From: Patescibacteria group bacterium
GTDB lineage: Bacteria; Patescibacteriota; Microgenomatia; UBA1400; PJMF01
NCBI GenBank assembly: GCA_016861085.1
Contig: BOKR01000001.1
Span: 896,153 to 960,152, forward strand
Length of the DNA stretch: 64,000 nucleotides
Direction: 5' to 3'
The translations under genes were made by a program, and so were the position numbers. Below the pieces are notes generated by a model. It ran no database searches. It was not told where the DNA came from and worked only from the letters and a program-made list of their open reading frames with translations. Of this stretch, positions 1 through 9,513 are shown one piece after another (positions within the stretch are counted from its first letter, which is position 1; every line of letters begins with the position of its first letter).

Positions 1-771
1 ATCGAGTTTCAACATAACCCTTGAATTATCGATCCAAGAACCAAATTCTGTTCCGTTAAAAATTCCAAGGTAACTCACACTTTGATCTTCTACATCTAGC
101 AAGTAAAACCCTGACTCAGGCTGATTTCTATCAAAAGTAATCTGTTTTTCTGGCTCAGCACCAGGGTAACTTGGAAAAACTGACTCATACATCGTTGGAG
201 CATAGGTATAAAAAATTAATCTATTAGAATCAGGAGACCAACCACTGATGAAACTAGCCGCTAATTGGTCAGATACTTTTATATCAACTTTCCCATCTGC
301 AGTAAGTAAATGAAGTTTTGAGTCTTTATCAATATATGCAAGCTTTTTAAAATCTGGCGCACTACTTGGATCGCTACTTCCATATGCTGAAGATCCTGAC
401 CCATAACTAATATCAGAAATGTCTGTCATAATATCTTCGCCATTTTCTTCAAGAGACACCAAAACTAACTGTGAATCATCAACAACAGCATATCTTTGTT
501 CTTGTTGCTCTAAAGTAACTTTCTGAAATTCCGAGAGATCAAGTAAATTCTGTGATAAGTTAGTTGCGTTTGCACCAGAATCTAAGGTTGATACCTTGGC
601 GACAGGTTTTTCAATTTTCTGGCTAATATTTTGTGAAAACAAAGGAAAGTAATTTCTAAGAGCATAAAGTGCAAGTAAAATCGCGATTAACCCCAACGCC
701 TGTAATATATGTAAGACTGGAAGCTTTCTACTCACTTCATTATTTTGAATATTTGATTCATCTGTTTGCAT
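1..771 (-). CDS. Membrane-anchored TolB-like/beta-propeller protein (runs off the window edge)
   Basis: Not in the ORF track. Manual translation gives an open frame from ATG 780/771 to base 1: MQTDES..., an N-terminal TM segment (LQALGLIAILLALYAL), and SAPDFKKLAY and GWSPDSNRLIFY propeller-type motifs. TGcTATAAT lies 7 nt before ATG 771. Confidence 0.65.
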   Translation of the reverse strand, partial: MQTDESNIQNNEVSRKLPVLHILQALGLIAILLALYALRNYFPLFSQNISQKIEKPVAKVSTLDSGANATNLSQNLLDLSEFQKVTLEQQEQRYAVVDDSQLVLVSLEENGEDIMTDISDISYGSGSSAYGSSDPSSAPDFKKLAYIDKDSKLHLLTADGKVDIKVSDQLAASFISGWSPDSNRLIFYTYAPTMYESVFPSYPGAEPEKQITFDRNQPESGFYLLDVEDQSVSYLGIFNGTEFGSWIDNSRVMLKLD

Positions 772-799
772 AGGTTTCATTATAGCATCTTGGCTAAAA

Positions 800-2194
800 T
801 TAATTCACTTTTTTGTAAATTCTTTGATCACCCTGTTTGTATAGTACTGTGTAATTTGGATCAATCTCCAATGTTTTGATTAAAGCTTCATAATTCTTTA
901 TCCCTAAAAAATTGTTAGGTTCTTGACCTTTACGTGCATCAATAACAATATAATCGGGATTAAAATCTGAGTAATTCTCTCGCAAAAAATACACTTTTCT
1001 ATATGCTAATTTTGCTGCAATATTTGTTTGAGCCATCACCACTCCATCTTCTGGTATATGCTGAATCAATCTATCGAGAAATTCATGATTTTTTGTATTT
1101 TGGTAAAATGCCTTATTTGTAAATAAAAGTGCGGGAGATTTCAAAATTTGTGTACTAAAAATTAGGCTGAAAATGGCTAAAAAAAGTAATGCATATTTAA
1201 AATATTCATTAGGAATTCTTTTTACTTTTGTCAAAATTATTTTTTTAAGTCTTCTGTACCCATATGCTGTTCCTAAAATTAAAGTTGGGGCAATTTCTGC
1301 ATTATAATGCATGCCTAAATCAAAGTTCCCAAATCGTAAAATCCGCAGTAACCAATTAAATAAAACTGGACCTACAGTTTCTGGAGATAAAAGCGGTAGA
1401 AATCCAAAACTCAGCAATGTCTTAACAATTGACTTAAGTGTTAATTGATCAAAGAATGATAGACTCGCATTTTTTGCGCTCGTGTCTGACAAGTAGTAGT
1501 ATCCCTCCCCATTAATTGCGGGTATCACCATAAAAATAATTAATAAACTATACAAAATAGAACCAAAAACAGTGGCTAGTCCAATCTTTCTCCATAACCC
1601 TTTGTTTTTCACTGCAATTAGCAATCCAAACCAAACTGGGATGAAAAAAACTGTTTCTTTTGTAAGAAGAATTCCTGCTAGTCCTAAAACATACCACCTA
1701 AAATGTTTTTTAACCATCCCATACAAAAATATAGTCAACGGCAATGGTAACAATACAATTTCGTGGAACTCTGTGATCAAAGCATTATGTAAACCGATAA
1801 AAGAAAAGTAGATAACTAAAATACAAAAAGCTTCAAACTTATTCTTCAAAATTTCTTTGGCAATTAAATACACAAAAATACCACTTAAAGTTACAAACAA
1901 AGTTTGAAATAGTAATAACACTTCTCCCCCTTTAAACAAAGCCATAAAGGGACTAATTAAAAAAATAATAGGATGAAAATGATCTCCCAAAATATTTTTA
2001 TCTGTAAAAACATAGTGATCAATAATTGGTGGCTGTAGCTGAGAAACTGCAGAGATAGCCTGATAAAAAATACCAAAATCATAGTACCATACGGCATATT
2101 GCCAGTAACGATGTAATGAAACCGTAACAAAGACTAAAAAAAACGCACTTAATAGTGCCAAAAGTGTTATTTTTTCGCTAACTTGCTTTTGCAT
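800..2194 (-). CDS. DUF2079-family polytopic membrane protein (GT-C-like glycosyltransferase)
   Basis: Many TM helices; YDFGIFYQ, LGDHFHP, EFHE and HY motifs. Start at 2194 or 2206. Confidence 0.75.
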   Translation of the reverse strand: MQKQVSEKITLLALLSAFFLVFVTVSLHRYWQYAVWYYDFGIFYQAISAVSQLQPPIIDHYVFTDKNILGDHFHPIIFLISPFMALFKGGEVLLLFQTLFVTLSGIFVYLIAKEILKNKFEAFCILVIYFSFIGLHNALITEFHEIVLLPLPLTIFLYGMVKKHFRWYVLGLAGILLTKETVFFIPVWFGLLIAVKNKGLWRKIGLATVFGSILYSLLIIFMVIPAINGEGYYYLSDTSAKNASLSFFDQLTLKSIVKTLLSFGFLPLLSPETVGPVLFNWLLRILRFGNFDLGMHYNAEIAPTLILGTAYGYRRLKKIILTKVKRIPNEYFKYALLFLAIFSLIFSTQILKSPALLFTNKAFYQNTKNHEFLDRLIQHIPEDGVVMAQTNIAAKLAYRKVYFLRENYSDFNPDYIVIDARKGQEPNNFLGIKNYEALIKTLEIDPNYTVLYKQGDQRIYKKVN

Positions 2195-2227
2195 AATAAT
2201 ACCCATTTATCATACAATGAGTATATA

Positions 2228-5200
2228 GTGTCCAGACCAAAAGTAGCTAGCCAGAAATTTCGTATTGTCTCTATTTTATTGTTGATGATTTTTTTGTACT
2301 TAGCCAAACCAGCCCACGCGGTTATCGGTGTCACTCATACTATCTCGACCCCAGCTAATTTCAACTTTCGTATTGACGGAGCTTCAGCTGATCATCAACT
2401 GGGCTATAACGGTGTAAGTGTAAAACAAAAGACCTATCACGATATCAATAACGATGGAAAACTAGATCTAGTCATTGGTGCCACACTTACTGACTATAAT
2501 AGCAAAGCTAATTCCGGTTCTGTTTATATAATTAGTGGGGACATCCTAGATAATTATGCTGGAACTGGAAACACTATCGACTTAGCTGATAGCAGTAACT
2601 ATTCCCTTCGTATCGATGGTCGTGTGGCTGGCGGTACACTTCCAGCTAGTAGTGGTATTATTTTTGCTGACATTAACAATGATGGTCAAGACGATATGAT
2701 TATGAGTGAATCTTTTGCTGATGGCACTCGAGGGAATGTATATATTCTCTATAGTAATCTATACTCTAGTTTCTTGAACTCAACCGGCAACACAATGGAT
2801 TTGGGAATCGATACTAACTATAACCTCTTACTCCAGGGAGCAAGTACAGGTGACTCATTTGGAAATCTCTCGCTGAGTGCAGTTGACCTTGATAATGACA
2901 GCAAGAAAGATATTCTTCTTGAAGCCCATCACGATGATAACAATAGCAGAGGTGAATCTGGATCTGTATTCATCTTTTTTAATTCATTACTTGATGACTT
3001 TTCAGGTACAGGTAACTTACTTAATGTTGGTACTTTGAGCAATTTCAGTGTTCGTATAGACGGAGCTGCAGCCGGTGACACATTTGGTGGAGGTAGTACA
3101 ACTGCAGGCGACTATGATGCTGACGGTGACATTGACCTTATTATAGGATCAGACCTAACTGATTATAATGGTTCTGATACAGGATCTATCTGGATTATTG
3201 ATAATTCAAAAATTTCTTCTTTGGCTGGAACGACTGGGAATCTCATAGATATGGCAACTTCGACTAACTGGGTTGTCAGAATGGATGGCGTTAATGTAGG
3301 TGACAGAATCACCTACGCTAATAGTTTGATTTTTGAGGATATTAACCATGATGGGCTAAAAGATATTGTTGTTGGTGGCTATAATGCAGATAATAATTCA
3401 CGATCAAACTCAGGAAGTCTGTATCTTATTGATAACTCATTTTTTTCGTCACAAACTGGAAGTGGAAATGTCTTGGATATTGACGGAAACTTTATTGCCA
3501 GAATTGATGGGGCTTTAGCTAGCGATAACTTTACCTTCGCAGCACTTGCAGTTGAAGATGTCAATGGAAATGGAAGAAAAGATATTCTTGCCGCATCTAG
3601 ATTATCAAACACTAATGGTACTGACTCAGGAGCTGTTTATGTATTTTTTGACTCATTAATTGATACCTGGTCAAATGGTTCATTGGTTGACCTTGCTACA
3701 ACTACTAATTTTTCTATTCGATATGACGGCAATACCGGTGACAACCTATTTTTTCAAAATGGATATATGGCTGACTTTAATAACGACTCTCAACTAGATT
3801 TCATTTTTAATGCAAGAACAGCCGATTATAATAGCCGGACCAATTCAGGTTCGTACTACTTCTTCTATAATTTCCCACACACAATCGGTACTCCCACTGC
3901 TGTAAACTCAGAAAACACCACTATTACAATTAATGGAGATGTAACTGCACCAAATTCAGTGACGACTATCGCACAAGTTCAGTACTCTGTAGATTCTAAT
4001 GATCCAAATAGTGGTAACTGGCACGATTGTATTGCAAAGGATGGCGCTATGGACAGTCTGAGTGAGGCCTTTGCCTGTACTCTTGATACAGAAAATACAG
4101 GTAATCACACCATTTACATTCGCGCTATTGATGTAGACGGGTTCATGACTGCTCAATCACATTACAAGACTGTTCAGTATAACTTCCAACCAGCAACAAC
4201 AACATGCCAAGATAGTATTTCTTCAGCTGCCCCTGATTTGTTTCAGATTAATACTGATGTAACTTCTGCAACTGTATACTTTACTCCTATTGGCGGCGTT
4301 ACTGATTATTTCATTAGCTTTTCGACCAATCAGAATGCTGAAGAACATGGTGCGGCTGTGACACTTTCTGATTCTGGAGTCCAAAGTTACACTGTTGACC
4401 TTTTGTCACCCAATACCACATATTATTTTAAAGTTCGTGGACAAAGTGGTTGTATGCCTGGAAGCTGGAGTAATATCAAAGAGGCAAAAACACAATCAAC
4501 TCAATCCCTTCCTACAATTTCAAGAATAATCCCAACCGTTACACCTACCCCAATCCCTTCGGTATCGCCAACGCCATCACCTTCTGCAAGCCCTGGTGTT
4601 GAAGCATCACCTGAACCGACTGAAACTTCAAATACCCCAATACTCAGCACTCTCCCAAAACTTGTTGACTCAATAAGGGAAACTATAAACAGTGAAAACT
4701 TACCTGGTACAATCCTGGGTACGATCGTTACAATGGCTGAGGGATTGAAACAATTGATTGCACTCTTAGGTGGTGGTGTTGCAGTTTTTGCTACTACTTC
4801 AGTACTAACAATAGTAACAGTTACCACTCAAGTCATTAGGCTTGGCAGAAAACACATTCGTGACGTTTTTGATAATGTGTTACATGCACTTGGTTTCATC
4901 CAACATAATCATCCGCAAGGAATGGTCTATGATGCTCTAACAAATGATCCCATACCATTTGCTGTAATTACAATTACATCAACTCAAAATGTTGCAAATC
5001 AACGAATCCAAGAAACAGTTGTTACTGATGTCAATGGGGTATACCAAGATGTTCATTTATTAGTCGGTAGCTTCGCTATGAACGTTGGCCATCAGGATTT
5101 TAACTTTCCAACGAAAAAACAAAGACCTCAATTCTTAACGCAAAAACAATTTTATAAAGGTGAACAGTTTGACGTAACTTCTGAGTCATCCTCACAATTA

Positions 5201-5716
5201 TTTATGGTACCTATGGATAAAGTTATACCTGCAAGCACCATGAAGAAGTTAGGAAAATCAGTAAAACGATCAATCGATCAGATCAATATTATTAATTTAT
5301 TTTGGCCTCTTTTTATTTTCTCAGTAGTTTCAACAGCACTGTATCCAACCACTCTCAATGCAGCTATTCTTGGTATTCAGGCAGTCGTAGTGTTAAAAAA
5401 ATCGAATACATTTTTGAAGAAGCCAACAATATCAGGTCGCATAATAAATACAAAAAATAGACCCATTCAAAACGCGATTATTCGTGTTACTGATCCACAA
5501 AAAAGTGAACTAATAGCTCTGACTGTTTCAAACAAAAATGGATTTTACAAAGTATTCGCTAAACCAGGAATATATCAATTCGAAGTTATTAAACAAGGTT
5601 ACTTCTGGAAAAAAACCACAGGACAAATGAGTTTAGAACTGATTGATGTTACCAAAGAATCTAAGACTCAAAACGTCACTCTTTCTGACATCTCTAAAAT
5701 CGGGCCTCTTGTATAG
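2228..5716 (+). CDS. Large surface protein: FG-GAP/integrin-alpha-like repeats, FN3-like domain, PT-rich linker, TM helices, carboxypeptidase-regulatory-like domains
   Basis: Signal peptide ending AHA; about 7 DxNxDGxxD Ca-binding repeats with SGSVY/RIDGA motifs; LSPNTTYYFKVRG (FN3); TPTPIPSVSPTPSP linker; GMVYD...PIPFAVITI...TDVNGVY. GTG start at 2228 assumed. Confidence 0.75.
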   Translation: MSRPKVASQKFRIVSILLLMIFLYLAKPAHAVIGVTHTISTPANFNFRIDGASADHQLGYNGVSVKQKTYHDINNDGKLDLVIGATLTDYNSKANSGSVYIISGDILDNYAGTGNTIDLADSSNYSLRIDGRVAGGTLPASSGIIFADINNDGQDDMIMSESFADGTRGNVYILYSNLYSSFLNSTGNTMDLGIDTNYNLLLQGASTGDSFGNLSLSAVDLDNDSKKDILLEAHHDDNNSRGESGSVFIFFNSLLDDFSGTGNLLNVGTLSNFSVRIDGAAAGDTFGGGSTTAGDYDADGDIDLIIGSDLTDYNGSDTGSIWIIDNSKISSLAGTTGNLIDMATSTNWVVRMDGVNVGDRITYANSLIFEDINHDGLKDIVVGGYNADNNSRSNSGSLYLIDNSFFSSQTGSGNVLDIDGNFIARIDGALASDNFTFAALAVEDVNGNGRKDILAASRLSNTNGTDSGAVYVFFDSLIDTWSNGSLVDLATTTNFSIRYDGNTGDNLFFQNGYMADFNNDSQLDFIFNARTADYNSRTNSGSYYFFYNFPHTIGTPTAVNSENTTITINGDVTAPNSVTTIAQVQYSVDSNDPNSGNWHDCIAKDGAMDSLSEAFACTLDTENTGNHTIYIRAIDVDGFMTAQSHYKTVQYNFQPATTTCQDSISSAAPDLFQINTDVTSATVYFTPIGGVTDYFISFSTNQNAEEHGAAVTLSDSGVQSYTVDLLSPNTTYYFKVRGQSGCMPGSWSNIKEAKTQSTQSLPTISRIIPTVTPTPIPSVSPTPSPSASPGVEASPEPTETSNTPILSTLPKLVDSIRETINSENLPGTILGTIVTMAEGLKQLIALLGGGVAVFATTSVLTIVTVTTQVIRLGRKHIRDVFDNVLHALGFIQHNHPQGMVYDALTNDPIPFAVITITSTQNVANQRIQETVVTDVNGVYQDVHLLVGSFAMNVGHQDFNFPTKKQRPQFLTQKQFYKGEQFDVTSESSSQLFMVPMDKVIPASTMKKLGKSVKRSIDQINIINLFWPLFIFSVVSTALYPTTLNAAILGIQAVVVLKKSNTFLKKPTISGRIINTKNRPIQNAIIRVTDPQKSELIALTVSNKNGFYKVFAKPGIYQFEVIKQGYFWKKTTGQMSLELIDVTKESKTQNVTLSDISKIGPLV

Positions 5717-5731
5717 CTACTGTGTTATAAC

Positions 5732-5764
5732 AAAAAATCGCGCCTGTTTTTTTTACAGGCGCGA
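5732..5764 (-). terminator. Intrinsic terminator between convergent genes
   Basis: TCGCGCCTGT/ACAGGCGCGA stem followed by a T6 run on the - strand. Confidence 0.75.
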
Positions 5765-5793
5765 AGTAATTCCTATTTAAAAAATGAAAAATA

Positions 5794-6765
5794 TTATTTT
5801 CTAAATTTATTCACTATTTTGCTGACAATCCAAACCACTGGGGCCCAAACAACTGAGTAAACAGCTACCCAAATACCAAATACCCCAAGAACTTTAAGAA
5901 AAGATTTGAGTGATTCCCATGCTCGTTGCAATTCATACTCAAAATCACCTGTTGTACCAGGATTAAAGTATTTCTCATTACTTGCTGCGGTAACACTTAA
6001 CGAAGCATACTTAGTTCTAGTTGTAACAGACTCTTGGGCTTTTTGAGCTGCCTCAATTTGTCGCGTTAAACGATCAATTTCTATTTGAATTTTTGCCTTA
6101 GCGGCTTCTGTTTTGGCATCCTTAAGTTGTGCCTCTTTTAAGGTCTTTTGTTCTTGTAAATAGGTTACCGTTTCTTCAGTATTTACAACTTGCCCAGTAA
6201 TATCTGAAGCATTTAAAGACTCGTCAATCACTTTTTTGACGTCTTCTGTTACTCTTGTAGTTGCTTCATCAAATTTCTCGACTGGAACTTTTACGTATAA
6301 GGAAGCACTTTCATACTTTGAACTCGAGTTCACAGAAGAACTCAAAATCACTCCATTAATACTAGAAAAATATTCTTTCAAGCCACGCATGTATTTTGTA
6401 ACGTCACTAACAACTACTGAGTGATACGATGACTTCTCGTATGAGCGCTCTTCCATGTAGAGCACATCGTCACCGTAATAATACGGTGGCATAATCTCGA
6501 CCGGTTGCACCATCATTCCTGAGTCAATACCAACTGAATCTACTGCAAGCTTAGTCTCCATCACCGGAGTGGCGGTAACACCACCATACATCATTGGTTC
6601 AGGTACTGCATACCCTCCACCAACACCATCCATCATGTAATCTCTACCCATCATTTGGCTAAGCAGGTTGTATCCCATGTTGCTTCTGCCAACAAAGAAA
6701 ACGGTTGTGAGAAGGGCAAGACTAACTACTACCAAAAGGAAGTGTTTTTTTTGCATATGCTTCAT
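5794..6765 (-). CDS. DUF4349-domain membrane protein
   Basis: N-terminal TM, ASLYVKVPVEKFDE, ASDITGQ, coiled coil, YASLSV, C-terminal TM. Confidence 0.7.
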   Translation of the reverse strand: MKHMQKKHFLLVVVSLALLTTVFFVGRSNMGYNLLSQMMGRDYMMDGVGGGYAVPEPMMYGGVTATPVMETKLAVDSVGIDSGMMVQPVEIMPPYYYGDDVLYMEERSYEKSSYHSVVVSDVTKYMRGLKEYFSSINGVILSSSVNSSSKYESASLYVKVPVEKFDEATTRVTEDVKKVIDESLNASDITGQVVNTEETVTYLQEQKTLKEAQLKDAKTEAAKAKIQIEIDRLTRQIEAAQKAQESVTTRTKYASLSVTAASNEKYFNPGTTGDFEYELQRAWESLKSFLKVLGVFGIWVAVYSVVWAPVVWIVSKIVNKFRK

Positions 6766-7157
6766 TATAGCAGATCAGAATCTAGGGTGTGTTTCACGCA
6801 ATCAAACACAAGATCCTCAAGGCTTTCATGAATCCTATGATCCTGTCTAATTTGTTCTCGAACTTCATTAAGTTCAACATAATTTGGGGCTGCAACTTGC
6901 GACTCCAATTCTTTTAGAGCTGCAAGCAATCCAGCCAATCGCTCATGAGCAAAATCAACAGAACCAATAATTGAAGCTATTTCTTCGGTCACATTGTGTT
7001 CAATTTCTTTTATAAGTCGTTGCAGTCGTACTGCCCCAGGAAACAAACGTTTTAATAACGCCTTATGCTCCTCTCTCATATGCTCAACTTTTGGCAACTC
7101 CAGAACGGGAAATCTAATCTGTGTATCCAACTGTGTAAAGACAGGTGCTTCTGTCAT
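6765..7157 (-). CDS. Hypothetical helical protein, possibly hemerythrin/HHE-like
   Basis: Strong SD (AGGAGGTG); TAATG coupling to the next gene; EH...HxxxEE...H...HxxxED pattern. Confidence 0.5.
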   Translation of the reverse strand: MTEAPVFTQLDTQIRFPVLELPKVEHMREEHKALLKRLFPGAVRLQRLIKEIEHNVTEEIASIIGSVDFAHERLAGLLAALKELESQVAAPNYVELNEVREQIRQDHRIHESLEDLVFDCVKHTLDSDLL

Positions 7158-7237
7158 ATCGTCACCTCCTTTTAGTTATTTCAGTAAGAATAACAAAAAG
7201 AAGTATCATTTGTCAAACGTAAAAAAAAGGAAAGCTA

Positions 7238-9430
7238 CTACTCCCCATGAGAAGTTTCTCTATTTCTGAAATACTCCATAATCTTAGCAGTATGGACATC
7301 ACGAGGCTTAGCTCCCTGTGCTTCACCAACCAAACCTGCATCTTCAAGTTGATCTAAGATTCTGGCCGCTCGATTGTAACCAACTGAGAATCTTCTTTGA
7401 ATACTTGATGAAGAACCTTTACCCATTTGTGCCACATATTTCACCACTTCATCAAAGAGCTCATCTTTATCATCTCCGCCGCCAGAGGCACTACCTGATC
7501 CGCCACTAATAGTACTTGATTGATATTTTTCGGTAATATCATCTGAGTACTCTGGTGATTGACCTTGCGATTTGATAAAGTCAATTAAGTTTCTAATTTC
7601 TGGTTCAGATACAAAAGTTCCTTGTACACGGCTTGGTCGTGCTTGATCTGGTGGAATATACAACATATCACCTTTTCCAAGCAATTTTTCAGCACCTGGA
7701 GTGTCTAGCACAACGCGTGAGTCAGTCATACTTGAAACATTAAACGCAATTCTAGTTGGGATGTTGGCCTTAATCAAACCAGTAATCACATCAACAGATG
7801 GTCTCTGAGTAGCCAAGACCAAGTGAATGCCAACAGCACGAGCCATTTGAGCAATCCTAGTCACACTCTCCTCAACCTCACTTGGAGCAAATAACATAAT
7901 ATCTGCTAATTCATCAATCACAATCACTATGTTTGGCATGGCAGCATGACCTGCTAGTTCGTTATACCCTTCAATATTTTTAACTCCAACTTCAGCTAAC
8001 TGCTTGTAACGGTTTTCCATCTCTTTTGTTGCCCATTTAAGAGCAGAAACAACCTTCTTTGGATCAACAATCACTGGAGTTAATAAATGTGGGATGTTGT
8101 TATACGCAGTCAACTCAACACGTTTAGGATCAACAAGAATAAACTTGACCTCATCGGGACTTGATCTAAACAAAATAGAACACATAAAAGTATTGATACA
8201 AACTGATTTACCTGAACCAGTTGAACCCGCAATCAATACATGTGGCATCTTGGCTATATCTGCCACCAACGGCTGACCAGCTACATTAATACCAAGCGCC
8301 ACCGCTAATTTTGATTTCTGTTTTTTCATTAGCGGGCTTGCTAGTAATTTGCGCAAAGTCACAAACTCACTGGTGTGGTTTGGAACTTCGATACCAACCA
8401 AAGAACGACCCGCAATTGGCGCTTCAATTCTGATTTGACCACCAGGAGCAGCCAAAGCTAATGCTAAGTCTGTTGAAAGTGCTGTTATTTTAGATAATTT
8501 TGTACCACGAGTAATTTCAAGTGCATATTGAGTAACCGAAGGGCCAAAATTAACTTCTTTTACTTTGGCTCTAATTCCAAATGATTCGAGTGTATTTTCA
8601 ATAGTTGAAGCATTGTGCTTCACATCACCGCGGTCAGCTTCTCCACCGTCGGAGTTAGACAATAGAGACAAAGGAGGATACTCCCAAATAACTTTTTTGG
8701 AACTTGGTGACAAATTGCCAGATAATGCATCTGGAAGTTCTGTTTCGCTATCGTTTCCTTTACCAACAGGCTCTCCAGACACTGCAGTACCAGTTGCGTG
8801 TTCAGGATGATCTTCTGGAATAGAGGCACCTTTGTTAATACTGAATGTCTTTTCAGCTGTTTTTTTCAATGAAAATCCAAGTTTAGGTAGTTTGAATCCT
8901 CTGGCCTTTTTAATTTCATCTTCTGAGATAAGAGCTTCCTGCTTATCCCCAACTTCTTTCTTTCTTATTTTTAATTTATTGAGTAACTCAACAATTTCAT
9001 GAATTGAAAGCTGCGTGATAATCAGTGCTCCAATACAAAGGAGACTAAAGAAAACAACATACGTCCCAGCCGGACTGATTAGTTGTGAAGTGTTTAAAAA
9101 GGTTTTCAGACCTACTTCACCAGTCTGAAACACTCCCAAAAAACCAAACATGAGCAGTATTGTTCCAAGTAATACATGTGGTTTTGACCAAAGCCATTTG
9201 GTGCGAAACATGACCATACCAGAAGAAATAAACACAAAAGGCAAAAATAAGAGCGATGCACCAAGTTTTGCTGTTAGAAAATTATTAATTGCAGAAAGAA
9301 AAGCTCCCTGCCCTGAAAGTGAAACAATAACTAATAGTCCAAAACTAATCAGGATAACTGCAACAATTGAATGAATCGTTTCAGTTCTAATATTCAGTTT
9401 CAGTGGTCTTAATTTCTTTTTTCTACCCAT
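7238..9430 (-). CDS. ftsK: DNA translocase FtsK/SpoIIIE
   Basis: N-terminal TMs, PHVLIAGSTGSGKS, IVIDELAD, LATQRPSVDVITG, gamma domain (VGYNRAARILDQLE). Confidence 0.95.
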   Translation of the reverse strand: MGRKKKLRPLKLNIRTETIHSIVAVILISFGLLVIVSLSGQGAFLSAINNFLTAKLGASLLFLPFVFISSGMVMFRTKWLWSKPHVLLGTILLMFGFLGVFQTGEVGLKTFLNTSQLISPAGTYVVFFSLLCIGALIITQLSIHEIVELLNKLKIRKKEVGDKQEALISEDEIKKARGFKLPKLGFSLKKTAEKTFSINKGASIPEDHPEHATGTAVSGEPVGKGNDSETELPDALSGNLSPSSKKVIWEYPPLSLLSNSDGGEADRGDVKHNASTIENTLESFGIRAKVKEVNFGPSVTQYALEITRGTKLSKITALSTDLALALAAPGGQIRIEAPIAGRSLVGIEVPNHTSEFVTLRKLLASPLMKKQKSKLAVALGINVAGQPLVADIAKMPHVLIAGSTGSGKSVCINTFMCSILFRSSPDEVKFILVDPKRVELTAYNNIPHLLTPVIVDPKKVVSALKWATKEMENRYKQLAEVGVKNIEGYNELAGHAAMPNIVIVIDELADIMLFAPSEVEESVTRIAQMARAVGIHLVLATQRPSVDVITGLIKANIPTRIAFNVSSMTDSRVVLDTPGAEKLLGKGDMLYIPPDQARPSRVQGTFVSEPEIRNLIDFIKSQGQSPEYSDDITEKYQSSTISGGSGSASGGGDDKDELFDEVVKYVAQMGKGSSSSIQRRFSVGYNRAARILDQLEDAGLVGEAQGAKPRDVHTAKIMEYFRNRETSHGE

Positions 9431-9513
9431 ACTCCCTTATGGTCTTAGTTCTAATTAAATATTATAGGATATTTTATAATTGCGCAAGAGGCAAATCCTA
9501 TCTACATACAATA

